Origin: an uncultured Acidimicrobiia bacterium
GTDB lineage: Bacteria; Actinomycetota; Acidimicrobiia; Spongiisociales; ZC4RG35
Reading direction: 5' to 3'
NCBI GenBank assembly: GCA_963790345.1
Contig: CAWBOD010000012.1
Coordinates: 84,188 to 148,187 of the forward strand
Length of the DNA: 64,000 bases
Position numbers and translations under genes: made by a program. Below the pieces are notes generated by a model. It was not told the origin of the DNA. It made no database searches and was given only the letters and a program-made list of their open reading frames with translations. How positions within the stretch are numbered: the stretch's first letter is position 1; each line of letters begins with the position of its first letter. Below are positions 10,386 to 18,423 of this stretch, in pieces.

Positions 10386-10871
10386 GCCAACAGGGCAGTT
10401 GCGCGGTTTCTCGAACACGATTCTGCGCGGTGGAGAAGCGGGATGACGACCGGGACACGAGCCTTTGTGCGATCGGCACGCCAGACCAGCGAGAGAACAG
10501 AACCCCCCCCTGGCCCACCGACTAAGAGCACAGGTACCCCAAGGCCGACTTAGCTCAAGCGGAGGGTTTTCTCGTTCTCGGGTTCTGACGCTGTAAGCTC
10601 TGCGGACCGATTCGCCTCTTAGGGGCGCTCTGACGGAACAACGGAATCCTCTCGCCCCGGGCGAGCTGGTCCCGGTCCGGACGGTTCTGAACCCCCGTTC
10701 AGGTCATGAGATGTTCTTGGCATCAACCGGTCATGGCGGATAAACTTTGCCAGTTCCGGAGGCCGGGCAAAGGCAGCCGGACGACGGACCCCCTCGAAGT
10801 CGGAAATTGGCCAGGGGGGTTTGTCCGCAAGAACTGGTTGGCTGCTTGACGTTCGGGAGGGAGGTCCCTTC

Positions 10872-11233
10872 ATGGATGTTTCGACTTCGCATGCTGCTTT
10901 CAACGTAACTAGCCGCCTTGTTGGCTGTTGCCAAGTGGTCGAGCTCATCGGTGAGCTGGACATTGCGACGGCTCCGATCCTCAAAGCGGCACTCGATGAA
11001 ATTGAATCGATTCCCGACCACATCAAGGTCGACATGTCGCGGCTCGATTTCATCGACTCGACCGGGCTGCGGTTGTTGTTGGGGGCATCAGAGCTGGTTA
11101 ACGGTCGGATCTGGCTGAAGGGGACATCTTCTTCGTGGCCGAGGTGTTCGAGATGGCCGGAATCGCCGATTTTTTCCACTTCGCCGAAGACCGCGAGAGT
11201 GCGCACCGTCTCATGGCAGGCCAGACCGGGTAG
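10872..11233 (+). CDS. STAS-domain anti-sigma-factor antagonist (SpoIIAA/RsbV-like), one frame break
   Basis: SD gggagg lies before the ATG at 10872. The sequence reads VVELIGELDIATAPILKAALDE ... VDMSRLDFIDSTGLRLLLGA. After about 11118 the correct frame reads GDIFFVAEVFEMAGIADFFHFAEDRESAHRLMAGQTG, ending at TAG 11231-11233. Confidence 0.75.
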
Positions 11234-11268
11234 ACGGACGGTTCGGGGTGGTTGACCCCCAAGAATGG

Positions 11269-11733
11269 CTAGGGCATCTCCTCACGGTCACTCTCAATGG
11301 CCGGCGTCACCTCTTCTCTCAGAACTTCGAACCAGACGACAGTGACTCCGTCGCCCAATACACCCCAACGGTTAGTGGCTTCATCGAGGATTCTCATGCG
11401 AGTAACGCCCTCGTGGTCGTCGGGGTCGGTGAGGTTCCTTTCGCTCAAAATCGAATCGACCACCTCGACCCGAAACCGATCATCGCCCATGTAGAAGCGG
11501 AATTCAAAACTTTCGGCCCGTCCGTACCGCAGGAATGCGCTGGCCAACTCACTGGCCGCCAGACGGACCGCCTCGATTGTGCTACCCAGGAGCGGGGCGA
11601 AACCGGCCACTCTCGTCCGGATCACTCTCGGAGCCCAAAGGTCCAAGGGGATACGCTCTCTGTAGAGCAAGTGAAGAACGGGGTCCAAAGGTCCTCTTTT
11701 CCTGGGGGGTACCCGGCGTGTCACCACGAACAA
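11269..11733 (-). CDS. HATPase_c-like anti-sigma regulatory kinase (RsbW-like)
   Basis: Intact 154-aa ORF. It has SELASAFLRYG (the N-box-like helix) and GVTRMRILDEATNRWGV (the G-box region), as in RsbW/SpoIIAB-type ATP-binding proteins. Confidence 0.6.
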   Translation of the reverse strand: MFVVTRRVPPRKRGPLDPVLHLLYRERIPLDLWAPRVIRTRVAGFAPLLGSTIEAVRLAASELASAFLRYGRAESFEFRFYMGDDRFRVEVVDSILSERNLTDPDDHEGVTRMRILDEATNRWGVLGDGVTVVWFEVLREEVTPAIESDREEMP

Positions 11734-11942
11734 ACATCAAAAGGTGGATGGCCTGAGGTTGAGCCCTCCACCTTCTGAACGCCCGCCGTCGCGCTTCCGC
11801 ATGGAAGAACTGTTTGGCGGCCCACGCCGAGAACCAAAATCCCCATTGCCCCGGACCCGGCTGTAGGAACGTCGGTTATCTGGTCCTGGCTGCATGGAAC
11901 GATCCGAGAGAAGGTGAATAGCCCGATTTGTGGAGTGAGCTG

Positions 11943-11991
11943 GGGTTTGCTCCGGGGGAGAGACTTGAACTCTCAACCTATGGATTAACAG
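11943..11991 (-). repeat. 49-bp copy of the 3' half of tRNA-Asn (anticodon loop to 3' end plus 7 nt): att-type direct repeat
   Basis: Identical to 16150..16198 (gggtttgctccgggggagagacttgaactctcaacctatggattaacag). The upstream sequence does not complete a cloverleaf, so this is not a second tRNA. Confidence 0.9.
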
Positions 11992-12313
11992 CACTAGCCG
12001 CAGAAGCGGTGTGCTAAGTGGCAAAACCCCTGGTCAGGACTGACCGAAACTGGCTCAGTTATCCGCTCTAAAGGATTGACTGGCGGTCGGAGGCGGCGAC
12101 GGCCACTCGGTGCCTAATGAGCTCTCCCTGGCTCATGCCAGGATCACACAATGTCTATTGGATGGCTGCCGGATGTCCCAGGTCGGTGCACTCTGTTGAC
12201 CATTTGAGGCCAGTCAGCTCCTGACCTAGTGTGCCGTGGGCGAGCGATCGCGATAGCAAGCACTATGATCGCGGATCGCGAACACAGAGCAAGCATGGGA
12301 CACAAGCCGCCGC

Positions 12314-12742
12314 GTGCCGCGCCTCATCTCCGTTGGATACGAAGGTCGGTCGGTCGCTGACCTCATCGACAGTCTGATGGCGGCAAAGGTCGATGTTGTG
12401 ATCGACGTTCGTCTCACCCCGTTGAGCAGAAAGCCCGGTTTCTCGAAACGGCAATTGGAGGAGCAATTGGCCAACGCCGGCATCCGGTACGAGCACGAAC
12501 AAGCTCTAGGCAATCCCAAGGAGAACAGGTCCGGATTCAGGGAAGGGACTCGACTGGCCCGCGAAACCTATCGGCGACGACTCCGTTCGGCAGAAGACTC
12601 GCTAACCAGAATCGCCGAGCGATTGAACAGCGAGACTGTGGCAATCCTGTGTTTCGAGAAGGCGACCGACACTTGTCATCGACAGGCGGTCACCGACGCT
12701 CTGTTGTTGCGTGAGCCGGCAGTTCAAGTTCTAACGGTTTAG
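12314..12742 (+). CDS. DUF488 family protein
   Basis: Intact 142-aa ORF: ISVGYEGRSVADLIDSLMAAKVDVVIDVRLTPLSRKPGFSK ... AILCFEKATDTCHRQ matches the DUF488 pattern. Confidence 0.75.
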   Translation: MPRLISVGYEGRSVADLIDSLMAAKVDVVIDVRLTPLSRKPGFSKRQLEEQLANAGIRYEHEQALGNPKENRSGFREGTRLARETYRRRLRSAEDSLTRIAERLNSETVAILCFEKATDTCHRQAVTDALLLREPAVQVLTV

Positions 12743-12809
12743 TTTGGCGCCGGTCGTCGGGTACGCCCTCACCGTCACAAGAACTCGGAGCTTCGCCGAC
12801 GGATCTCCT

Positions 12810-13305
12810 CTAGGTGTTGCCTTCGACATGGACCTCTAAAGCAACGAAGGGCCATTTGGAAGGTACCTGACCACGCACTAGCTCGCAGGGGCGAGGTTGG
12901 GAGCGCGGAGCCGCCCCCAATGCTCGTCTCGTCAGGTGCTGCGGCCAAAAAGCAAAGGCCAAAGCGATCCGACAGTCATCTTCATCCTCACCGACTCCGA
13001 TGAGTTCGAAGGAACCGTCGGGTCGCCCGATAGCCAGATTGTGATTTGGCCACAATGAGCGATCGATCCGATCCACTCAATTCCTGTCGATGTCGTTGGA
13101 AAAGCCATGGGGCTTTTTCCATTTCGACCAGCCACGGGAACTCATCACGGTTCTCAACGGCCTGGGCATATCCTACCGGCGTCTCCATAGAGCAGCTGCT
13201 TGATGGGCCCGACCTGAGCGGTCCGGCCCTTAGGCACAAGTTTGCTGCCCCCGGTTCCCGGGTAGATAAGGGCCGGTTCGGTTCAAAGGGGTGGGATCGT
13301 GGCAT
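12810..13305 (-). CDS. hypothetical protein, probably one gene split by a frame break
   Basis: Overlapping reverse ORFs 12988..13305 and 12810..13076. I recognise no family and coding status is uncertain. Confidence 0.25.
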
Positions 13306-13363
13306 TTGTTAGCCGTAATGAGGTGAGAAAGTCGGGCCGGGGCGAGCGCGTTCCTGGCCATAC

Positions 13364-14319
13364 GTGTTCGCCGTGTTGAGCCTGAGCATCGTTTTACCAG
13401 TGACCGCCGGGGCCAGTCTGCTCAAAACGGAGCAACTCGAGGATGCCCTGGAAGAGGTGGGCGACCTCGTCACTGCCGATGAGGATGAGTCGGGGACCGT
13501 ACAGATCGTCCTCTCTCTCGCCGCAGTTGATGAACTCCTCGAGATCCAGGAGTTCAGGAGAATCGTGAAGGATGTGGACGAGATTTCGGACGGCCTGGCC
13601 AACGTGCTCATCAGTACCAAGCAAGTGCACTGGGAAGATATGGCGGAGGCGCTGGAGCGGCAGATGCCCCTGCCGGCCGACTTGAGAGCCGCGCTGGCGG
13701 AGTTGCAAGAGGCCCTTGTGAACCCCACCCCAGCCACTACGACCCCCCCGGTCCCGACTACCACGACCGCGCCGGTCCCGACTACCACCCTCCCGGTCCC
13801 GGCGACCACCACCGCACCGGTCCCGGCGACCACGACCGCCCCGGTCCCGACTACCACCCTTCCGGTCCCGGCGACCACCACCGCCCCGGTCCCGACTACC
13901 ACGGACGCACCGCCGCCCGCCACCACGGCTGCCCCTCCGGCGCCTAACTGTCCCGGCCCCGGCTTCTACCACCGTCCCGCCCCGTTCCCGCTCCTATTCC
14001 GGAGGCGCAGCTCACCACCAGTGAAAGCGGGGGGACCCCGGCGAACCCGCCCGTCACGATGTCACCGCTCTCCGCTGGTGACTCGGCGATTTTCAGTGAT
14101 CCCGCCACGAGGGAGGGAGTCGAGCGGCCGACCCTGGCCCCTAATGATCCTCATGACGGCCCCATTACGGCCGTTGCGAGCGAATCCGCTGAGGCAACGA
14201 AGGGCTCCATCCTCAATACCATTGCCGACTCCGCCGTGCTGCCGTGGGCCGCGGGCACGGTGCTGATACTTGCCGCTGGGCTCGCCGCACTGGCCATGCA
14301 GCGTTTTCGCTCGAGATGA
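13364..14319 (+). CDS. secreted acidic protein with Pro/Thr-rich repeat linker and C-terminal membrane anchor, about 2 frame breaks
   Basis: Signal-like N-terminus (MFAVLSLSIVLPVTAGA), an acidic helical domain and a PVPTTT(T/L)A repeat linker. After breaks at about 13950-13990 the frame of ORF 14059..14319 gives ...LPWAAGTVLILAAGLAALAMQRFRSR. Confidence 0.6.
13748..13905 (+). repeat. 21/24-nt tandem coding repeats (ccggtcccg[ac/gc]gaccac...) encoding PVP(T/A)TTxA
   Basis: Seven consecutive units read directly. Confidence 0.85.
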
Positions 14320-14351
14320 ACTTTGCTGGCCCGCTACGGCCGCCGCGTCTG

Positions 14352-14465
14352 ATGGCGGCCGGCCACGCGGAGGATGAAGTCAGGGGCGCTTGGAACTTCG
14401 GGCGATCCGCGGGCTACACGGAGTCGACCGGGTTGGGACAGCGGCGGGGAGGACGCGCGGCTTAG
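14352..14465 (+). CDS. micro-ORF (37 aa), paralog of 15056..15160
   Basis: MAAGHAEDEVRGAWNFGRSAGYTESTGLGQRRGGRAA. It shares a 14-codon core with the second copy, and 4 of the 5 differing codons are synonymous. Past its TAG (14463-14465) the frame stays open to a TGA that overlaps the Ltp ATG as ATGA (14540-14543). Confidence 0.45.
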   Translation: MAAGHAEDEVRGAWNFGRSAGYTESTGLGQRRGGRAA

Positions 14466-14539
14466 AAGTTCAGTCATGATCCTTCCGCAGCGATTCAGTC
14501 CATGATCCAGGCTTTTGGTCGTTCTGCCGATACATATGG

Positions 14540-15013
14540 ATGAAATACATTCGGATACTCGGAATCTGTCTAATTCTGGCCGCTTGCTCACAAGCCGCCG
14601 TCTCGACGTCACCCGCATCGCCAAAAACTACAACTACGGCCGAAGCTACAACCTCCACCACCGTCCGCGCCACCGCAACCACGACATGGGCCCCGACCAC
14701 GACCACCGCGACAGAGCCTCAGTTCACGCGTTCCGAAGAGAATGCCATTCGCTCAGCCGAGTCCTATCTGGACGTGATGGCATTCTCCCGGTCAGGACTC
14801 ATAGATCAGTTGGCCTACGAGGGGTTCCCTATTGCAGAGGCGACCTTGGCGGTCGACTATCTCAATGTGGATTGGAACGAGCAAGCGTGGAAGTCAGCCG
14901 AGTCTTATCTGGACGTGATGGCATTCTCCCAGTCAGGACTCATAGATCAGTTGGTGTACGACGGGTATACCGCCGACCAAGCCACCTACGGTGTGGGCCA
15001 GACCGGCCTTTAA
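14540..15013 (+). CDS. Ltp-type (host cell surface-exposed) lipoprotein with two Ltp repeats
   Basis: Lipobox LILAAC, a T/A-rich linker, then two copies of ENAxxSAESYLDVMAFS(R/Q)SGLIDQL(A/V)Y(E/D)G(F/Y), the hallmark of Ltp-family repeats. Intact 157 aa. Confidence 0.8.
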   Translation: MKYIRILGICLILAACSQAAVSTSPASPKTTTTAEATTSTTVRATATTTWAPTTTTATEPQFTRSEENAIRSAESYLDVMAFSRSGLIDQLAYEGFPIAEATLAVDYLNVDWNEQAWKSAESYLDVMAFSQSGLIDQLVYDGYTADQATYGVGQTGL

Positions 15014-15055
15014 CCGGCAATACCCGTCCTTCCATTCCTTCACCGCCTTACCGGG

Positions 15056-15160
15056 ATGGCCTCGGACTTCGCCCGATCCGCCGGCTACACCGAGTCGACT
15101 GGGTTGGGCGCGGATCGGCTGACGCCGGCGGGTAAGGCTCGGGCGGCTGAGCTCAGATGA
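15056..15160 (+). CDS. micro-ORF (34 aa), paralog of 14352..14465
   Basis: MASDFARSAGYTESTGLGADRLTPAGKARAAELR. Its TGA overlaps the ATG of the next gene as ATGA (15157-15160). Confidence 0.45.
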   Translation: MASDFARSAGYTESTGLGADRLTPAGKARAAELR

Positions 15161-15402
15161 TGGGGTTACGCTCCCCAGTCATGCGTCGAATCCTCCTCAG
15201 ACTCCTCGGCCTGTATGTGCTGGCCGGTATCGTCACCAGCGCCGCCGAATCGACCGGCATGCTCGGTCGTACTTGCGGTTGCCAATCCGGCTGCTGGTGT
15301 AAGAGGCCCGGTATGAGTCTCTTTCGGTGGGTCACGCGGAAGAGATGGCACCACTTGCAAAGCCCCGCCGATAAGTGGAAGCCACCCGAAGCACACAGAT
15401 GA
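15157..15402 (+). CDS. small membrane protein with CGCxxxCWC motif
   Basis: 81-aa ORF with one TM segment (ILLRLLGLYVLAGIV) followed by GRTCGCQSGCWCKRPGMSLFRWV. It resembles a small conserved actinobacterial membrane protein type that I cannot name. Confidence 0.5.
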   Translation: MMGLRSPVMRRILLRLLGLYVLAGIVTSAAESTGMLGRTCGCQSGCWCKRPGMSLFRWVTRKRWHHLQSPADKWKPPEAHR

Positions 15403-15654
15403 GTGAGAAGCGCGATGGCGAAGGCTGACCGTTGGGGTATCCATCCCTGCTCGATCGAAGGGTGTCCCGAACGCCGAGTCTCCCGCGGGTGGTGTGCGAA
15501 GCATTACCAGCGGTTCCTGCGGCTGGGTGACCCTCTGGGCACCAGTTCGTTCGCACCGAGCGAACGGTCTTGCTCTTCTTCGCGCTCCTCGGCTCCGCTC
15601 GGTCGAAGGCTGCGGTCGCCGACTGGGGTCGAGGGTTGTGCAGCTTGCACGTAG
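15403..15654 (+). CDS. Zn-ribbon protein of the type found at the N-terminus of actinobacterial HNH endonucleases (possibly truncated or frame-broken)
   Basis: CSIEGCPERRVSRGWCAKHYQRFLRLGDP, and a second copy in another frame (RSVEGCGRRLGSRGLCSLH). No HNH catalytic domain follows on the + strand. Confidence 0.45.
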   Translation: MRSAMAKADRWGIHPCSIEGCPERRVSRGWCAKHYQRFLRLGDPLGTSSFAPSERSCSSSRSSAPLGRRLRSPTGVEGCAACT

Positions 15655-15678
15655 TCGTACCACAGTCGTGACGTTTCG

Positions 15679-16035
15679 TCACCGGTTCAGCCCCCACGCG
15701 ATGAGCGAACGGATCGTCGCTGCTCGTGTTGTTCCCGTTAGATCAGCGCGCTCGTCAATCCGTGCCAGCACATCCGGCGGAAGGCGCACTTCGATCTTGA
15801 TGCCCTCCTGTGGCCGAGACACGTTCGGCCTGAGGCCGAGCTTGGCCTCACATCGCTGGCAATGCAAGAGATCCCGGGCCGCCGCGACCTCGATTGGGAA
15901 TAGCTTGTTCCTCCCATTGTTCATCCCACACCCGTTTACGTGATGAACGACGCCCGTGAGCTCGAGGGAGTTCTCACGACTATTGCTAACCAGAATCCAG
16001 TCGCTGTGCTTTTGCGTGTGCTCGGTACGGGTCAT
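15679..16035 (-). CDS. hypothetical protein with C-terminal ribbon-helix-helix (CopG-like) segment and an HNH-like N-terminal stretch
   Basis: 118-aa ORF next to the tRNA. The C-terminus IKIEVRLPPDVLARIDERADLTGTTRAATIRSLIAWGL looks RHH-like. The N-terminal part, VHHVNGCGMNNGRNKL ... HCQRCE, looks loosely like HNH. Confidence 0.4.
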   Translation of the reverse strand: MTRTEHTQKHSDWILVSNSRENSLELTGVVHHVNGCGMNNGRNKLFPIEVAAARDLLHCQRCEAKLGLRPNVSRPQEGIKIEVRLPPDVLARIDERADLTGTTRAATIRSLIAWGLNR

Positions 16036-16156
16036 GTAGACAATCTACATAGCCGCATGCGAGAATGCAACCTTCATTTACACATGCTCAAATGATGGCT
16101 CGGGTGGACCACGATCATGACCAAACGCTGAACAAGCCTTATGTTTATTGGGTTTG

Positions 16157-16229
16157 CTCCGGGGGAGAGACTTGAACTCTCAACCTATGGATTAACAGTC
16201 CACCGCTCTGCCAATTGAGCTACCCCGGA
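16157..16229 (-). tRNA. tRNA-Asn (anticodon GTT)
   Basis: Reverse complement TCCGGGG TA GCTC AATTGGCA GAGC G GTGGA CTGTTAA TCCAT AGGTT GAGAG TTCAAGT CTCTC CCCCGGA G folds as a 73-nt cloverleaf. CCA is not encoded. Confidence 0.95.
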
Positions 16230-16463
16230 AAGTGTTTGGGGTCGAAACCCCCTTGTCACCATTGACCATTTCGATTTTACAGGGATCCTTTGGCGCTCAG
16301 ATTTGGCAGGAGCGATGGTTCATCGAATAGGTGGCCAACCTCATTGTAGAGAGCGCCCCACTCCATCATTCCAGCCGCTCCCACACTCCGAGCATGGACT
16401 AGGGCTCAGGGTTTGAGAAGAAACGAACGCTGAATTCGAGAGGACGGTCGCTCGCGGGTACCG

Positions 16464-16712
16464 CTACTGCTGGTACCGCTCGACCGTTTCTTCGTCACGG
16501 ACTTGAGCCTGGTTGGGATCGGCGCCGAATTCGCGGAGGGCCCTGCGCTGGTTCAGCAGATCCCAGCACTGATCGAGTTGAGTCTCGATCTCTTCCATAC
16601 GCGCTCTCTCCGGGTCGTCGAGCTTTCTCTCTCCGTGGCGTTCCCGCAGGTTGCGCTCTTCATCAACCAGTTCGCCAATTCGTGACAAGATCTGTGCACT
16701 CGACTGTTCCAT
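16464..16712 (-). CDS. DUF2630 family protein
   Basis: MEQSSAQILSRIGELVDEERNLRE ... QLDQCWDLLNQRRALREFGADPNQAQVRDEETVERYQQ is the typical DUF2630 sequence. The ORF opens at 16787, but the internal ATG at 16712 fits the family length. Confidence 0.75.
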   Translation of the reverse strand: MEQSSAQILSRIGELVDEERNLRERHGERKLDDPERARMEEIETQLDQCWDLLNQRRALREFGADPNQAQVRDEETVERYQQ

Positions 16713-16760
16713 AGGCCCTCCTCGCGTGCCGGAATCGTACTTCGGAACCCGACCTCCTTC

Positions 16761-17447
16761 ATGAGTCGCGAACGTAGTCTTCGCCAAGTGCCGGGCTTGC
16801 AGGAGTTGGAGAAGAGATGGAAGGAAGTCTGTCGACTAGATCCGGTGTTCGCCCTCCACGACCTCGAGGAAGCAAGGCGTTTCCTTGACGAGCGCGGACT
16901 CCTGACCCTCACACCCTGTTGCTCCCTGCCAAGCCTGTTTGGCGCCTGCCACGAAGAGCCCGCCAGCCCCGGGCGAGCCGGCTTCGGCCAATGGCCCAAG
17001 ACCCGCTGGTGGTGGGGTGGGGCGTCGGAGAAAAGCCCCGGAGCGATCACGACCAGACTCCATCGGGGCAAGACGCTCTATCTGACACCTCAATTGGTTG
17101 AGTTGGTGGATCCCCTCTGTCGAGTCGAGATCACGAGGGCTGAAGCCGGGGAATTGGGAGCAGAGGCGGCCCGGGTGATGGCCCATCTGGCTTCGGCAGG
17201 ACGATCCACTGCCGACGACCTCAAACTGGAACTCGGCTGGGAAGCTCGGGGATACCGTAGGGTGCGGCGGTTGCTCGAGAGCAAAGGCGCCATCGTGTCT
17301 TCAAGCATTGCCATCGAGGGCGGGAACGGCAGGCACCGTCATGTGAGCGAGATCAGTCGCTGGGATCAAGTGGTCGATGAGTCCCCTCTTGAGGCGGAGG
17401 AGTCACTCGCCGATTGCTGGGAGCGGTGGTCGACTCGGCGGCCCTGA
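16761..17447 (+). CDS. hypothetical conserved protein
   Basis: Intact 228-aa ORF with high-GC codon bias. I cannot assign a family with confidence. Confidence 0.45.
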   Translation: MSRERSLRQVPGLQELEKRWKEVCRLDPVFALHDLEEARRFLDERGLLTLTPCCSLPSLFGACHEEPASPGRAGFGQWPKTRWWWGGASEKSPGAITTRLHRGKTLYLTPQLVELVDPLCRVEITRAEAGELGAEAARVMAHLASAGRSTADDLKLELGWEARGYRRVRRLLESKGAIVSSSIAIEGGNGRHRHVSEISRWDQVVDESPLEAEESLADCWERWSTRRP

Positions 17448-17628
17448 TCCCAGAGAGCGAAGCTCGGCGGGCGCTGACCTGGACGCTCCCGACCGAGGCA
17501 CTCGAACGGTCCATCGCCGCGGGCCGAGTCCGGCGCGTTTCTGGGAACTTACTGGCGACGACGATGTGACCTGGCCGTGTCACGCCGGAACTCTGAACTC
17601 ATAGGCCGGTATCGCTTTCCTAGGCTCG

Positions 17629-18423
17629 GTGGCGATGGTCAGAAGAGAATCTCTCGAGCTTGATCCCGCGAGCCATCCGCTGGCGCCGGCCGTCATCGCC
17701 TTCAACCGGGGGAATGGTTGGTACCGGGCCGTACTCGGACGACCGGAACGAGGGGAATGGATCGGCCTGTCCGAACTCGCGTCCAATCTCGACGAGATCG
17801 AGCTGAGATTGGCCCGGCTTGAGGCCGCATATGGCGGCCATGCCGGCTACGGGGCCGCTTCGTTGATCCAACAGGTCGCTCATCCCCTCGTCTCCCTCGT
17901 CGCGTGGTGCGTGCTGCTCGGTCCTGGGATCCCTGACATCTCCCCCGGCGCGGTGTGGCTGCGCCAGCATCCGCATGGCCTCTTCGATCGGGTTGCCATC
18001 AGCGGAGATGTGGCGGCCGCCATCACCGACGAAGCCTTCGCGGCAACGACCGGCGCCATGATCGTCGCTTCGCTGCAACCGCTGATCGAAGCCATCCGGA
18101 TGACAAGACGGGTCGGCCTCGCCGGGTTGTGGCACGGTGTCAGTGACCTGGTGGGGCGAGCGCTGCTCGGAGCCGGATCGGCCCTTGGTTCGGTGGACAC
18201 CGGTATCGCGGCGGCGGAGGCGATCCTCACCCGCGCTCCGGACGAAGTTCGAGTCACGCCCCGATGGCATGTGGATCCGGACACGGGCATGTGGTTCTCA
18301 CTGCGCAGCGTCTGTTGTCTGGCGTACACCGGAATTACCGGGCTCTATTGCGACACCTGTCCCCTGCTCGACGACCAAGAGATTTCGAACCGTCTCGCTT
18401 CGAACCAAGCGGGGGCGCTTTGA
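17629..18423 (+). CDS. FhuF-like (2Fe-2S)-binding ferric-siderophore reductase family protein
   Basis: The C-terminal motif SVCCLAYTGITGLYCDTCPLL is the C-C-x10-C-x2-C pattern of the FhuF C-terminal domain. Intact 264 aa. Confidence 0.7.
   Translation: MAMVRRESLELDPASHPLAPAVIAFNRGNGWYRAVLGRPERGEWIGLSELASNLDEIELRLARLEAAYGGHAGYGAASLIQQVAHPLVSLVAWCVLLGPGIPDISPGAVWLRQHPHGLFDRVAISGDVAAAITDEAFAATTGAMIVASLQPLIEAIRMTRRVGLAGLWHGVSDLVGRALLGAGSALGSVDTGIAAAEAILTRAPDEVRVTPRWHVDPDTGMWFSLRSVCCLAYTGITGLYCDTCPLLDDQEISNRLASNQAGAL

Larger units (their letters stand above)
11943..16198. mobile_element. about 4.2-kb tRNA-Asn-associated genomic islet bounded by 49-bp direct repeats; no integrase present
   Basis: An intact tRNA-Asn sits at one end and a duplicated 3' half at the other, with the islet on the 3' side of the tRNA. 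The edges are AT-richer (12000-12300, 16036-16150). The cargo is accessory: DUF488, a PT-repeat surface protein, an Ltp-type lipoprotein, a Zn-ribbon/HNH-like protein and an RHH protein. Confidence 0.7.

Noticed and set aside
10619-11206. 195-aa minus-strand ORF overlapping the STAS gene
   Set aside because: It is antisense to a well-supported STAS domain with a good SD, and I recognise no family for it.
11943-12020. Second tRNA gene at the left islet boundary
   Set aside because: Only the anticodon loop to 3' end is present. The upstream sequence cannot form the acceptor, D or anticodon stems, so I treat it as an att-type partial copy.
13309-13926. 205-aa minus-strand Gly/Val-rich ORF
   Set aside because: It is the reverse reading of the Pro/Thr coding repeats. 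The + strand protein has a signal peptide, a structured N-domain and a membrane anchor.
11992-16149. Search for an integrase, recombinase or transposase within the islet
   Set aside because: No frame on either strand shows tyrosine- or serine-recombinase or DDE motifs, so the element is reported as integrase-less rather than as an active prophage or ICE.
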